A program made the translations under genes and the position numbers. Source: Schizochytrium sp. TIO01 (lineage: Eukaryota; Protista; Bigyra: Labyrinthulomycetes). Taken from it: 64,000 nt of DNA. Of the stretch, positions 46,186 to 58,061 are shown piece by piece. The stretch covers positions 2,604,001 to 2,668,000 of the forward strand of contig SMSO01000034.1 in assembly GCA_004764695.1 (NCBI GenBank). Direction: 5' to 3'. Position 1 is the stretch's first letter, and each line of letters begins with the position of its first letter. Below the pieces are notes generated by a model. The model worked only from the letters and a program-made list of their open reading frames with translations. It ran no database searches and was not told the origin of the DNA.

Positions 46186-46513
46186 TGTTGAAGTTCTTGA
46201 GGACTGTATATAGTTTTCCGTAGAAAGTCCTTCTGATGTTGAGCTCGTCTGATCTCAAGACGTCTAGGAAACGAGTTGCTACGCTCGTGTCTTCCTGGCG
46301 TAGCTTGGGCCCATAACCTATCGCAGAGTAGCTTGTGCTGATCAGCGTGCAGAGGTAGTCTGACAAGGATGGCGAACTCAGGAGAAAGAGAAAGAGGATG
46401 ATATATGAGTTATTTGGGTTTCCGGTGTATGAATGTGTAGGACAGGAGAGCTTGGTTAGGTTAGTTAGGTTACGTTAGGTTACGTCAGGCAGTAGCAGTG
46501 TGTTACTTCAACA
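46186..46513 (-). repeat. Candidate LTR (328 bp) bounded by 9-bp inverted termini
   Basis: TGTTGAAGT at 46186-46194 and ACTTCAACA at 46505-46513. An alternative inner boundary is 46319, next to the PBS. Confidence 0.65.
46306..46318 (-). promoter_or_regulatory. Copia-type primer-binding site (initiator tRNA-Met half-molecule priming)
   Basis: GGTTATGGGCCCA is complementary to the tRNAi-Met anticodon arm, as in Drosophila copia. Confidence 0.75.
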
Positions 46514-49024
46514 AGAACATTTTGCGGGACTCTAGCCTTCAGAATAAGAGCTCAGCTATCCTCGGACTTGGATTTCAAGGTTGACTAATATAATCAGGAG
46601 AATAAGAAAAGCTTAATCCGTATTACTCATAACTAAAGTGGCTAGCGCAACCCACCTCTTTAGCCACCAATCAAGATTTCATCATACTTACTATTCTTTT
46701 GAACCTGCATGTATCATTTTAGTTCTCGAACTCCTTGGCTTTACAACCACGCATCTGCTTGCCTAGTTCTGTTCTGCATAAAATGTCTTGTTTTACGATC
46801 TCTAAATGTCTGCCAAGAAGTCTCTACCAATATCTTGTCCATGTGCCCCTCGATTAGACATCTCGCATGAGAACCGGACTTTGTTGGCTATTTTCATAAC
46901 GTTAAGAGAAAGGCTTAAAGCGATGTATTGTCAAAGCTCACGCACAACCTGTTTGTGCAGGAAAGTAGGATCAAGGAATTCTCCATACTCCACGAGTTTG
47001 TCTCGCCCCAATTTTTTTAACAAGTAATAAATTAAACAGGTTTTATACGGCAAGAAACACAATATAGGCTCCGTGGGCTTATCGAATGATTTTCCTTGGT
47101 GCTTCTTGAAGCTCATTGATGTTATGCGTTTCGCTTCTAACGAAAAAGATATGTATGACTGGAAATCAGAAAAGGACATGAAGAAGACTCGTGTCTTCAG
47201 ACTGAAGCTTGAAAACTCTGATAGGTTGCTCCTGTGATTTATGTGAGCACTTGAATTGTTGGAAGTACTGGATTTTGACATACTCTGCTTGAACATTTTG
47301 TTTACATATACAGGGTGAGCTGACATTTCAGCGCTAGCTCCATATATGCTTATAGAAGACCAAAGCTAGATTTTCGATGGCAGTTCGACTATATGTCTAT
47401 ACCTGGACTTGAAACCATTGAGAAGAGATATCATAAAGTAGCACCTTGTTTACATCATTCGGAGCATTGTATTTCATAATCACAATATAGGGCATTGTCA
47501 TGGTAATGGTGGTGGAATGGTCATGGGCAAGGACCATGCAAACATAGGATAAGATGAATTTCTGAACATGGTGTGCCATGTGAATCCAGATTATATTTGT
47601 GTTGATTCATTGGAACTAGGTAGGTATACCTTCATAAAACAGATAGTGTCGAAACCTTCTAGCGAGAATCGACGCCACTCAAGCTATGGACTTAACTGTA
47701 TCTCCAAAAACCTATGCAAAATTTTTACCAATAGCAAGGAGCACATTTTTGTCAATTTTAGTACCTCCTTTCTTTCATAATATAAGAAGTCCTATTATTC
47801 AGGACAGCCCCACCCCCCCCCACCCACGTGCTTCTTTCCTTGATGACTAAGAGTAGACCTTCATCATTCTCAGTGTGGGCGGCGAGAATAAAGTTGGGCA
47901 CTACAATTCTGATCTATGAGTTGCTCACAGTTGGCTGCGATTCTCACTTCTCAAATAATACTTTTACTACTAGATGCACAAGTACTGCTACTAAGGCTAC
48001 GCTTTCAGCGACTTGCTATGACTGCCTCCATAAGGTCACTAGTACCAGCTACTACCAATCAAAGAAACTAAAAACCAAGCTCATTACCGATAATGTTAAA
48101 ACATTGTAAAGTCACGATAAAAGAGTTTTAATGATTCTTGATGTTAAAATTTTAATTGAAAAAAGAAAAAAGAAAAAAGTTGAGTACTAATAGAGGCATC
48201 AAGGGACAAAGCCTAAGCTTCTTAGCATGTTCTAAGAGAAGAGCTCCAATATAACCCTAGCGTCCTATTTACGCCTGCTTCGAGCATTTTAGCTTATTTT
48301 TCTATTAAATATGAGTTTGGACGCCCAAGGTCATTTAACTGACCACACAAGGATCACGCGACGGCAGCTCTGTTTGGGGACCGCAAGAAGCACTGCGTAT
48401 AGATGTATATATATGCAGACAGATATCTGCAAGAAGCACCAGAGATCGACCCATTGCGTGAAAAAATCTAGCGCATTCAACGCTCGTTTTCTTTCTTTCT
48501 CTCTCTCTCTTTCTTTCATTCATGCCCTACCGTACCTATTAGGTAGCATTTCATCTTCTGTTCTTTTCAGCCGCTTTGAAGAGAAGAACTTAGAAAGCTG
48601 CAGCCTTCGCCTTCATTCAATAGATCGTGCTACTCCTACTGTTTTCTAGAACCAGGTTGTAGCCTCTACTCTAGCAGGGGGGGGCCGGTCTCCTACTAAT
48701 ACTCTTACCCAAACCATTAGGTAGGTCTACTCCTACATTATCTTTTAACTCTTTGGCCAAAACAATCTCATGTTAGAAACGCCACGCACGTACCACTATC
48801 TACCTCCACACCAGCCGCCTCCGCAAGAACGCACCCTTCTAAGTAAAGTAAGTTAGTAAGCAAGTAAGTCACGGCCAGTCAAATAAATAAACAAACCAAC
48901 CAACCAACGAACAACATAGTCATGGCCAAGGAGAATGAGAACCCAAGAAAAGATAAGACAAGCTTATTCGAATGCCCTTCTCCATCTCTCGCAAGCCGCC
49001 CACCCCTAGCCTCGCTTCATCCCC

Positions 49025-49072
49025 CACTCACTCACTCACTCACTCACTCACTCACTCACTCACTCACTCACT
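49025..49072. repeat. (CACT)12 microsatellite
   Basis: Read directly from the sequence. Confidence 0.92.
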
Positions 49073-49161
49073 CATTCCGACAAAGGTAAAGAGAGAGAGA
49101 GAGAAGAACAACAGAGGACTTTCAGAACAGAACAAAGTCCAATCAATCGATCAATCAATCC

Positions 49162-49250
49162 GTCAATCAGTCAATCAGTCAATCAGTCAATCAGTCAATC
49201 AGTCAATCAGTCAATCAGTCAATCAGTCAATCAGTCAATCAGTCAATCAG
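49162..49250. repeat. (GTCAATCA)11 octamer repeat
   Basis: Read directly; flanked by degenerate CAAT units. Confidence 0.92.
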
Positions 49251-52200
49251 CCAATCAATCAACCAATCAAAAATAGGGGGCGTCTGAAGTTTGTGCAAGC
49301 CAGAGGCAAGTGGGTACTTCTTCGTTCCCCTCTGGGGCTGATTTCAGGCTGCCGCGCCTTCTTTGGCCTCTCTCTGGCCGCCGCCTCTTACTTTGGCCGC
49401 TTGATACTAACTCGAAGGCGTACAAGACGGGTCGGTCTTCTGCTGCAGTAGTACAGAGTTATAAAAGGTTGAGCTCTCTCTCTCGGCAATTTGCAGACTT
49501 AGAGTCGAAGTATAACATAAATAACACAACATCGCTAAGAGGAAAAGAATTACTTAGAGTCTCTTTATCTATTTATTTGGAAAAGAAGAAAGAAAGAAAG
49601 AAAGAAAGAAAAGAGAGGAAGCAGTAGGAGACAGCTACGGGTTTCCATAGCAGTGCAGGGGAGCAGGCAGACTGAAGTGAAAAGGGCCTGCGCTGTTCTA
49701 CTTACTTTAGTAGGTAGATGCCAGTACGGAGAATATGAAAAAGGGGCCCCTAGAGACACGGCTAGCGTAAAGTATAGCGCACCTCAGGTAGGCCGACAGC
49801 CATTGTGTAGTTGGTTTTGCTTGCTTCAGGCTTCTGAGAAGTCTGCAGGTGTTCGAGGCCGGCCTGGAAAGAGCAGAAGAGGCCCATCGCCGCAGAGGCA
49901 GACTCGTCGGAGCGCACCTCGTTTCGCTTCGAGGGGCGAGCGAGCGGCTCGTCTCGTCCGCCTCCGCATCAGCAGCAGCAGCAGCAGCAAGGGACGGCGA
50001 AGACGATGCGAGTGCCCATGCTGGCGCTAGAGAAAGCGGTAAGTAGGCGTAGTGCCTGCTTTTGTGTATATGTTATTTATATGTATATAGTTCTGATTGT
50101 GAAGGTTCTTTCTCTCTCCCCAAAAGAGGTTGTATAGAAGCGTATCGCGCGCAGAGCAAAATGGGCCCTGGGCGCCTTCCCCTCAGGCGAGAGGGTGGGT
50201 CGTCCACTGCGTCAAGCCTTGACTTCGCTTCGAGGTGCTTGATTCTCGAAGCAATACCTCAATCTGGAAATATGATTAGCTGTTGTCTGTGCATCGCTCT
50301 CCTTTCCCTCTTTCTTTCTTTATAAAGTTTAGTTAAAAGAAGTTGAATACCGTGTACAAAATATTTGTTACTTGTTATTTTGTTTTTAAAATGAAAAGTG
50401 GGAAGCATAAAACTTCGAACTCGAACTAAAAAAAAGTCGAAAAGAAACTACTTCTGGTGACAGCAGTAACACTTAGCAAGCCGTACGTAGGCTTGGTACG
50501 AAAAACAGAAAAACATGAGCGAGAAGGCAAATACATTTTACTTACAGAGGCAGATGTTATTTGTCTATGGATGTAGCTAAGTAGGCACCTAGGTACACGA
50601 AATCGGGATAAAACTGAAAAACTGATGTTTGCCGCAGAACCTTGAACAAAAGGCAAAGCGAGACGCCAGCGGCGTGAAGGCCGCGAGGGTAAGCCCAGAA
50701 GGCCCCTTTCTGCGATTGCCTTCAGCCATCGCGCATGACCCTACCTCATGACGCCGCTCCAGAGCTCCCAAGAATCAACAGAAATTATGGTCTTGGATCA
50801 GAAGACAGGGCCCTCAAAACAGGCCCTATAGAAAAGAAACAGAAGGAAGACCCGTATACACTGATAGCTAACTGCTAGTGTACGTGCGCACTTGGAAAGA
50901 GCGTCTTGCAATGTGAGCTCGAGTCAATCCGCTGATCAATCAGCGACTTGATCACAGGACAGAGCCAACGATAGAGGTTGGCGGGAACTATGGCGCGCAA
51001 TGCCATAATTCTAAGCTTCATACATTCGATGCAATGGCAAACTGAGTGCTGTTTGTATCAGTGATTGCGGGAGGTGCTGTTCACATTAGTTTAGATTGTT
51101 TTGTTTTCTTACGTTTTTACGCAATTGTTATTATCAGTTTTCGTTGAAATTATACATCATGCAGCTAGCTGTATAGTAAATGAGAACAGTCAGTCAGAAA
51201 CACTATTTTAATGAATTTATAAAAAATAAAGTTGAAAACAGAAAGTCAATGAGAGAAGCAAAGAGCAGGGCACCAGTTATTTTGTCTGCTTCTTTATTTC
51301 ATATTATATTATTCTATTTCATTTGTTAAATTTTGTTTTATTCCGAGTTCTGAGTTCGTTACCCAAATACCTAGCTAGCTGATAGCTTCTGATGAGCAGA
51401 GCGCAGGATTCCCGACTTGTGTATCGACCTAAATGCCTATAGCACTTGACCCGTCCTCTCAAAGATGGCTAGGCCGCAGTACTCCTACTAATCGAGGGTA
51501 CTCACTAGGGAATCACATAGGTAGGCGGGTATAATATATTCTTATAAAGTACTTTTTTAAACTTTCCACGTGGCTTGCTGCGGCCTTAAAGACTTATTTT
51601 TTTCTCCTAATTGTTAGCCAGGCTACTATGGTACCTGCTGCCCGCACTATCTAACAATTTGAGATTGGATAAAAAATATAAAACCAAAGCATTTGGCAAA
51701 GTTTCTTTGTTTGTGAGGGGAGCTAATTGCAAAATTGTTGGGGCAGTCCCCAGACTTATAAAAAGAAGTTTGCTAGCCTGTTATTACAGTTACCATAAAC
51801 ATTACAAACATTACCCACACTCCAGTGCATTGCAATCGAAGTTTGCGATACCCGATTATAAAGAACATAAGGCCTAAAGAGATGTGGGTTGAAGCGTGAA
51901 GAAAATTGTGTCTCTATGACATCCCAACTTGAAAAAGCTCCAGTGAGCGTTGAAGAAAGTGAGGAAGAGCATGCCTGGAAAAAGTAATTCAAGAGGCAAT
52001 GTGAGGGCGGCTTCAGAGGCAGTGATGATGACTACACTGTGGTATAAGGTCGCTTCTGAGGGGCATTAGTAGTGAGGAAGATGAAGAAAGACAGGGAAGG
52101 ATTTTCGCGTGAAGAGGCAAACCAACAAAACAGGAAAAAATAAAATTTCTCTTTCCAGTCAAAGAGCAGAAAGCTCAATCAATTTCCAATCCCTGCCGAG

Positions 52201-53289
52201 CGAGGAGGCCTCCGACCCCTTCTGCAGCCGGCCACCGAGAGCGCCCCGGGTCGCCGCAGACGCAGACGCAGCATCGAGCGTAGTGTCCACACGCCATCCG
52301 TGGCTCTTCGCTGACGCACTGCGAGTCCTGTCCTCGCTGCCCTCAGCTCGTCCCTTGGCTGATCAGCTGGCAAACGAGGCTGACGGTCGTCTTTCTCAGC
52401 CGCCGCATCTCCATCTCCTTGCGGCTGCTTCTGTTGCAGTTGCTGCTTCTGGTGCTGCTGCTGGTGCTGGTGGGCATCTTCGCGGTAACGCAGGCTCGCC
52501 CCATCGAAAGAGCGTGAGCAAACACGAGCGCGCGAGGCAACGGGCCTGAGACGGAGAGAAACGAGAGAGAGAGAAAGAGAGAAAGAGCACCATCAACAAA
52601 CAATCGAACATTTTATCATTCATTCATTCATTCATCAAACAAACAAACAAACAAACACAAAACCCTCACATCTTCACTCCAGAGAAACAGCTCACGAGAT
52701 CCTTCAAGGCGCCCTCGAACCAGAGGTCCAGGCACACAAGCCGCAGTAGAAGGCGTCTTGGTTGCGGTTTCGAGCAAACCTCCGAAGAAACACCTGTACT
52801 TACAGGAAAGAAAGAGGTGGTTGATCGATTGATCGATTGATTGATCTTTCTTTCTTTCTTTCTTTCTTTCTTTGATTGTTTGTTGGTTTCAAGTTCTTTC
52901 TTCTGTTTCTTTGAGTTAGCGCTTCCTCTTTCTTTGCTCTTTCTTTGCTCTTTCTTCTCTGCCCTCTGTCTTCGCGCACAGTCCCTGCTTTCTCCTCTCA
53001 CGCCCTCTGTGCCTTCGCCCCTCTCTTTGTGCCTCTGAGGGGCTGAGAGGAGAAGGAGCCAAAGAAGCGCCCTCTCTCAGAAAGAAAGAAGGGATCAGAG
53101 GGAGGAAAGCAGCCAGAGGAGAGAAAAGAAAGTGGGAAAGAAGCGACCACCTTGCGCCAACTGAGAAGAAGAAAGAGAGGGAGAGCCTTCTCTCGCGTGG
53201 GGCAGAGAGACTCAAAGCTCTTGCGTCGCGAGACCGCCCGCCCGGCGACGGCGGCAGGTTGGGGCAGGAGAAGGGAGGGAGAAGGAAAG

Positions 53290-54177
53290 ATGCTCCCTGC
53301 GGACGGCCCGGAACACAAGTCGAGAAGGCTGAACAGCGACGCGGTTGCTGGCAGCAGTAACCTGGCCAACAGCAGCAACAGCGCCGCCGCCTACAACAAC
53401 TCCAACTCCAACTCCAACAACACCAACAATTACAGCCTACCTGGTGCTGGAAGTGCTATGAACAACAGCGCGAGGGCTCACTCAACTCGTGCAGATGGAC
53501 CCAGAGCAGCGCGGACGTCTAGAGATTTTGCAGACTTCTTACGTGAATATATAGACTCGTTGGAGAGGAGCGGCCAGCTTGATTTTGACGACAATGAAAC
53601 CAACTCTTCCGCAGACAGGACAAACAGCACAAACAGCACAACAGACTATGATGGGTCACGGGAGCCTTCTTCAGTTGGAGGAGACACAGACTCAACAAGG
53701 ACGATGCCAGGAGAACCATCTTCAGTAAACGACGATGGGACTTTACATCGAAGGTCAAGGCGTACCTTTCGAGGGGTTCACTGGAACCCAACACGCGGGT
53801 GCTATGTGGCAAGGTTATGGCGGAACGGTCGTTGTGAGATTCTCGGAGAATTCTCTACAGAAGCCAGGGCTGCTTTAGCTTGGGATGTCAAAGCTGAGAG
53901 CTACTTTGGCCCAAATTTTGCAGAGTTTAATTTTCCTTCCGAGGAGGATCGAGCCAGACTTTGGATGGCGTTTACACGACAGATCTCTTTTGGAGATTCG
54001 CCTAATAATACGCCAAGCAGTAGCAGCAGCGGGGGTAATAGCAGCAGCTCTGACGGGCAAAACAATAGCAACGAGAGTAATGATGATAATGGTGATGATG
54101 AAGACGATGATGATGATGACGACGGCGACGTCGACCAAGATCGTATTGTTAATGCAAAACCTCACCAAGGAAGGTAG
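53290..54177 (+). CDS. AP2/ERF-domain DNA-binding protein, copy B (295 aa from ATG 53290)
   Basis: FRGVHWNPTRGCYVARLWRNGRCEILGEFSTEARAALAWDVKAESYFGPNFAEFNFP; paralogue of 40210..41094. Confidence 0.9.
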   Translation: MLPADGPEHKSRRLNSDAVAGSSNLANSSNSAAAYNNSNSNSNNTNNYSLPGAGSAMNNSARAHSTRADGPRAARTSRDFADFLREYIDSLERSGQLDFDDNETNSSADRTNSTNSTTDYDGSREPSSVGGDTDSTRTMPGEPSSVNDDGTLHRRSRRTFRGVHWNPTRGCYVARLWRNGRCEILGEFSTEARAALAWDVKAESYFGPNFAEFNFPSEEDRARLWMAFTRQISFGDSPNNTPSSSSSGGNSSSSDGQNNSNESNDDNGDDEDDDDDDDGDVDQDRIVNAKPHQGR

Positions 54178-57100
54178 TTCAGTCAGGGAGCTGCGAGTAA
54201 ACTTCTCCCAGCTCAAGTATTGCTCCGCTATCGTGCAACTCTACATAGAACTCCCCAAGCCACATTCTAAACCCAAACGCTGCTTCGTGTGGCCCTTACA
54301 CGTATTTTTCTGACGCTGTTGACGCGAATTGTTTCATTCTGGCCTTTTATGAGCCCCAAGCTAATCTAGCTCATGTCCCTACAATACTTGTGTAGATTTA
54401 TGAATATTCTCTCTCCTTCTTTCTTTCCCCCTTTTCTATAGCAACAATCGTATTTTATTCACTGGGTAGAGCTTTGCTGTTCAGCATCTCGCAATTTTTT
54501 TTTGGCTCTATGTTGAGGAGATCAACGCTGGCTGTGAAATGTCGATGTCTTATTAAACAATGGGGAAAACGACCCGCTCATTACTATTTATTGATCTGCA
54601 CAGTTCCTGACATTCAACCTTTCATTCAACGCTGAGTGTCAGTTTTCGAGTTCTGAGCTTTTTATGGAGGTTAAAAGATCGAAGCTTGGCGTTCACAGCT
54701 CCAAGCTCTGTGCTTTCTCGCAACAAAGGGGAACACATTGGAGCCATCAGAAATACAAAATCACCAAACAGCATAAACTCTCAAAGCAGTGTTCAGGCAT
54801 CGCAAAACAGGAAGAAAAATGTCTATATGTAAACATAATACTGGGACCTTACTGCTTTGTTTTCATGCGCGTTTCTGTGCTTCTCTCCGCGCCAATGGCG
54901 TCAGCTCCAGCTCATGCGCTGCTCCGCCAAGACATCGACACCCTCGCAGAGGCTTTTGACCCTTTTCAGGAAGCGAAGCTAGGGCAAAAGCAATTTAGCT
55001 GTGATCTCGATTTCCCTCCTCTTTCCTTACTGCTGGGAGGGTAACAGTTCATACTGCCTCGGTAGGTGCTACATAGCTGCCAGTATTTTCTACATATTTT
55101 GGACTTTTGCGTGCCCTCGACACAGCTAAATGTGTGTTTACAGAAGTAAGGCCTCAAGTTTCACCGGCATGACCTGTGCAGGCCCTGCAGAGCGCCACGT
55201 CTGCATGCCCAAGCGCCCGCCTCCGAGCTCGCGAGCCCGTCTCTCCACTGCTCCGCCGCTGCTCGAGGGCCCTCGTCGCGTCTCGCGCGACCCCGTATCG
55301 CAGCGAAGCCATCGCGAAACCGCGCGAATCCATACATCCCAAACTTCTTTTGGTTCCTGTGGAGCAACTGTGACATGTTTAGAGCTGCTCCCAAACGTGC
55401 AGCGTGCCGCCTGCCCGCCCAAAGGAGCTTAGCGGCCGCCCTGCAGAGGCCTTGGCCCTGAGATGTACTTTGCGACTGTTCGCACTGCAGGCTGCCAAGA
55501 TAAGAATGGGAAGAACTCACGCCATCCTTTGGAGTAGAGCGTTTTAAGGCACTTTAAGCAGAGCAACGACAGTAATGCAATAGTTAAGTGAGCCGACTTC
55601 AGTCTCTGTCGTTGACAGGGTTGGCGAGCCGACAGGCATCCACAGGCCCCCCAAAAGCGCCCTCGCCAGGCCTGGGGCTGAGGAGAGGGCCTAGCTACCG
55701 GAGCGTTGATTGAGGAGTGGCTTCAATACCGTCGTGTTTGCCTTTTCTAGGCACGCATCGATGGACACGCTGTGTCGAGCAATGCAAAGCAACAGAACGA
55801 AGTATAACTCTGTATATATCCACGCCATGTGGAAGTAACTAAGTCACAGGGTTACGTGATCCCCGAGGAAGGTTAAGCCGGAACGAAAGGTCGAATAAAA
55901 GGCCAAATACGCGCCATGATTGGCGTCGGCAGAGACGATTTCAAGGCCCTCGGACCCAATAGTGCCTTGTGCGAGAAAATGTGAAGCGAAATGCGTCCAG
56001 GATGCGAAGATTGAGGGCATTGACGCGGGATTTGACCTCGAGCACCTAAGGACATCCGGATGTGTAGTCGTCTACCCCCCGGGGAAACTCTGAATGTGAT
56101 GGGTTATATGTAGTTCGGAGAAATATAGTTTCCTTATGATCCTATAGAACTACTTAATAATTGTAGAGGTGGTTTAAAATATGCGAATATCCGAGGTTAT
56201 AATATACCCTAGCGGAAGGAAGTTTACAACGATTGATGCATGTTTCGGGAGTTTTGTGCACATTCTATCTCTTTTCTTTTTAATTTAAAGTCCAAAGAAT
56301 GCTTTTTCTGTTTTCAAGCGCTTCGGGGGTTCCTAGTATATAGCGCCAACGAATCGTTCGCGACATATTCGTAATGGTACTGGGCCACGAGAGTAGAGTT
56401 GCGCCAACCTTATGTATATCATATCATAAGCTGATTAGTCTCTCTCCCGCCATAATGTCTTTTTCTTTAGTTTTTTTTTGGGGGGGGGGGTTGGTGCCGT
56501 ACTTGTAACCTATGTGTTTCAATAAGCATCTTAAGATACTACCTAGAACAACAATTGGGAGAACAATATTGAGCGCTTGGGAATTCACTCTGGAGATCTG
56601 CAATCATACAGAGGGGTTGTTGTGGGTCATCTGTACTATCACTAAGCATACAGAAGGATAAGCTTCTGCAATCATTGCTGTGAGTTATCTTTACTATCAC
56701 TAAGCATACAGAAAGATAAGCCTCTGAATGCAAGGATTGTACTTTGTTCAAAATTTCCATGGCCGGCAACATTGACACAAGCCATGCTGTTTCCCACGCA
56801 TTCTTTGATCAATTTCAGTTCTTCCTGAATGACGTGCTGTTGAGAGGTCAGTATGTCGAACGTGAGTCGAAAAAGTGTGTATACAATAACGTTATTTATC
56901 GTGCCATTCTTTCCTGTCTTCTTGTAACCAATAGAAAAAGGCATCTTGTTACCAGGTAGCACTGACTTCCGTAGAGACGGCAGCGTCGACTTCACCAACA
57001 CATGCTTCAACAACAGACCCAGTGCACCTTGTGAGTAACTGATTTGTTCCTAATGTCAATACGTAGGACCACAAGAAGATTCTGAGTGTACTCAATAGTA

Positions 57101-58061
57101 CTCTCCTGATGCTGGGCAATGAGCCTGGTGTATCAAAATATCAGATCGTCTTAAACTTCACGAAGAGCCCGTCCATGAAAAGCAACTGAAGATGCGCTTA
57201 ACACTAGCCTCGAGCAAAGTTGATATGGAAAATATAAGCGAGTGCTATAAATCAGAATCTTTTACTACCAATGTAGTACTTAGAGTCTTCGTGGGTCACC
57301 CCCGCCTTACGTGCTTGGCAAAATAATGGTGCAAACTGAGAATCTGAAAAAAAAATAAAATTAAAAAAGACAGCGCCTTCAAGACACGCCGTGTCAAGCA
57401 TGAAGGATAACTGATAAACGATTTTTTAATGGGGCTTAGGGATAAGACAAATCTTGGCATGAAGTTTATATTTTACGTCGAAAAATAGTAGGTGATAGTT
57501 TGAATCTTACATACGTTAGCCTTTGTATCTGGCCGCAATGCCAGGGGCGATGAACACCACTCGAATGAAGGTGACGAAGTGGGACCTACTATACTAACTT
57601 TACGATTCCACAATTTTGAAGTTTGGCATATACTGGATTGATGCTAATTAAGGCATCAATTTCACGATGCCTAGATAACTTCGAGAGTCGAGCTTCTGCA
57701 ATCCCGCACCTTATACTCTCTCTAAACATACAACCCTATGGAAGTTCGAACTAGTGGTTATGGAAGACAGGCAGCTCGCTCTTAATTAAGTTTTCATGTT
57801 TCTCTTAAGCTTTACACAAAGAAAAGTGTTGGAACACACAAAGTCTTTCTCAGTACATCAGTAGTGCAATTGACAAATCTGAAAAGCAAAAAGGAAACGT
57901 TCAGTCTTCATTTTCTTGAATACTAGAATAGGAAATACTGAAGAGGTGATTATTGATTTCTTAATTTGGTTTCGCTAACTTCAACGATTGTGAGATTACA
58001 GAAAATTTGTCAAGGATATCAGAAGCTCAAAAATTATTCGAATAGATTTTATCGACAACAT

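Larger units (their letters stand above)
45124..46513 (-). mobile_element. Truncated Ty1/Copia-like LTR retrotransposon (LTR, PBS, disrupted gag; pol absent)
   Basis: The minus strand starts TGTTGAAGT at 46513 and carries the copia-type PBS GGTTATGGGCCCA. The gag-like reading includes GREGRATWAQLQIEF. It is broken by a repeat-induced frameshift and an in-frame TAA at 45544-45546. Confidence 0.8.

Noticed and set aside
46452-46490. Telomere-like GTTAG/TTAGG repeats
   Set aside because: Short, irregular and internal to the LTR candidate.
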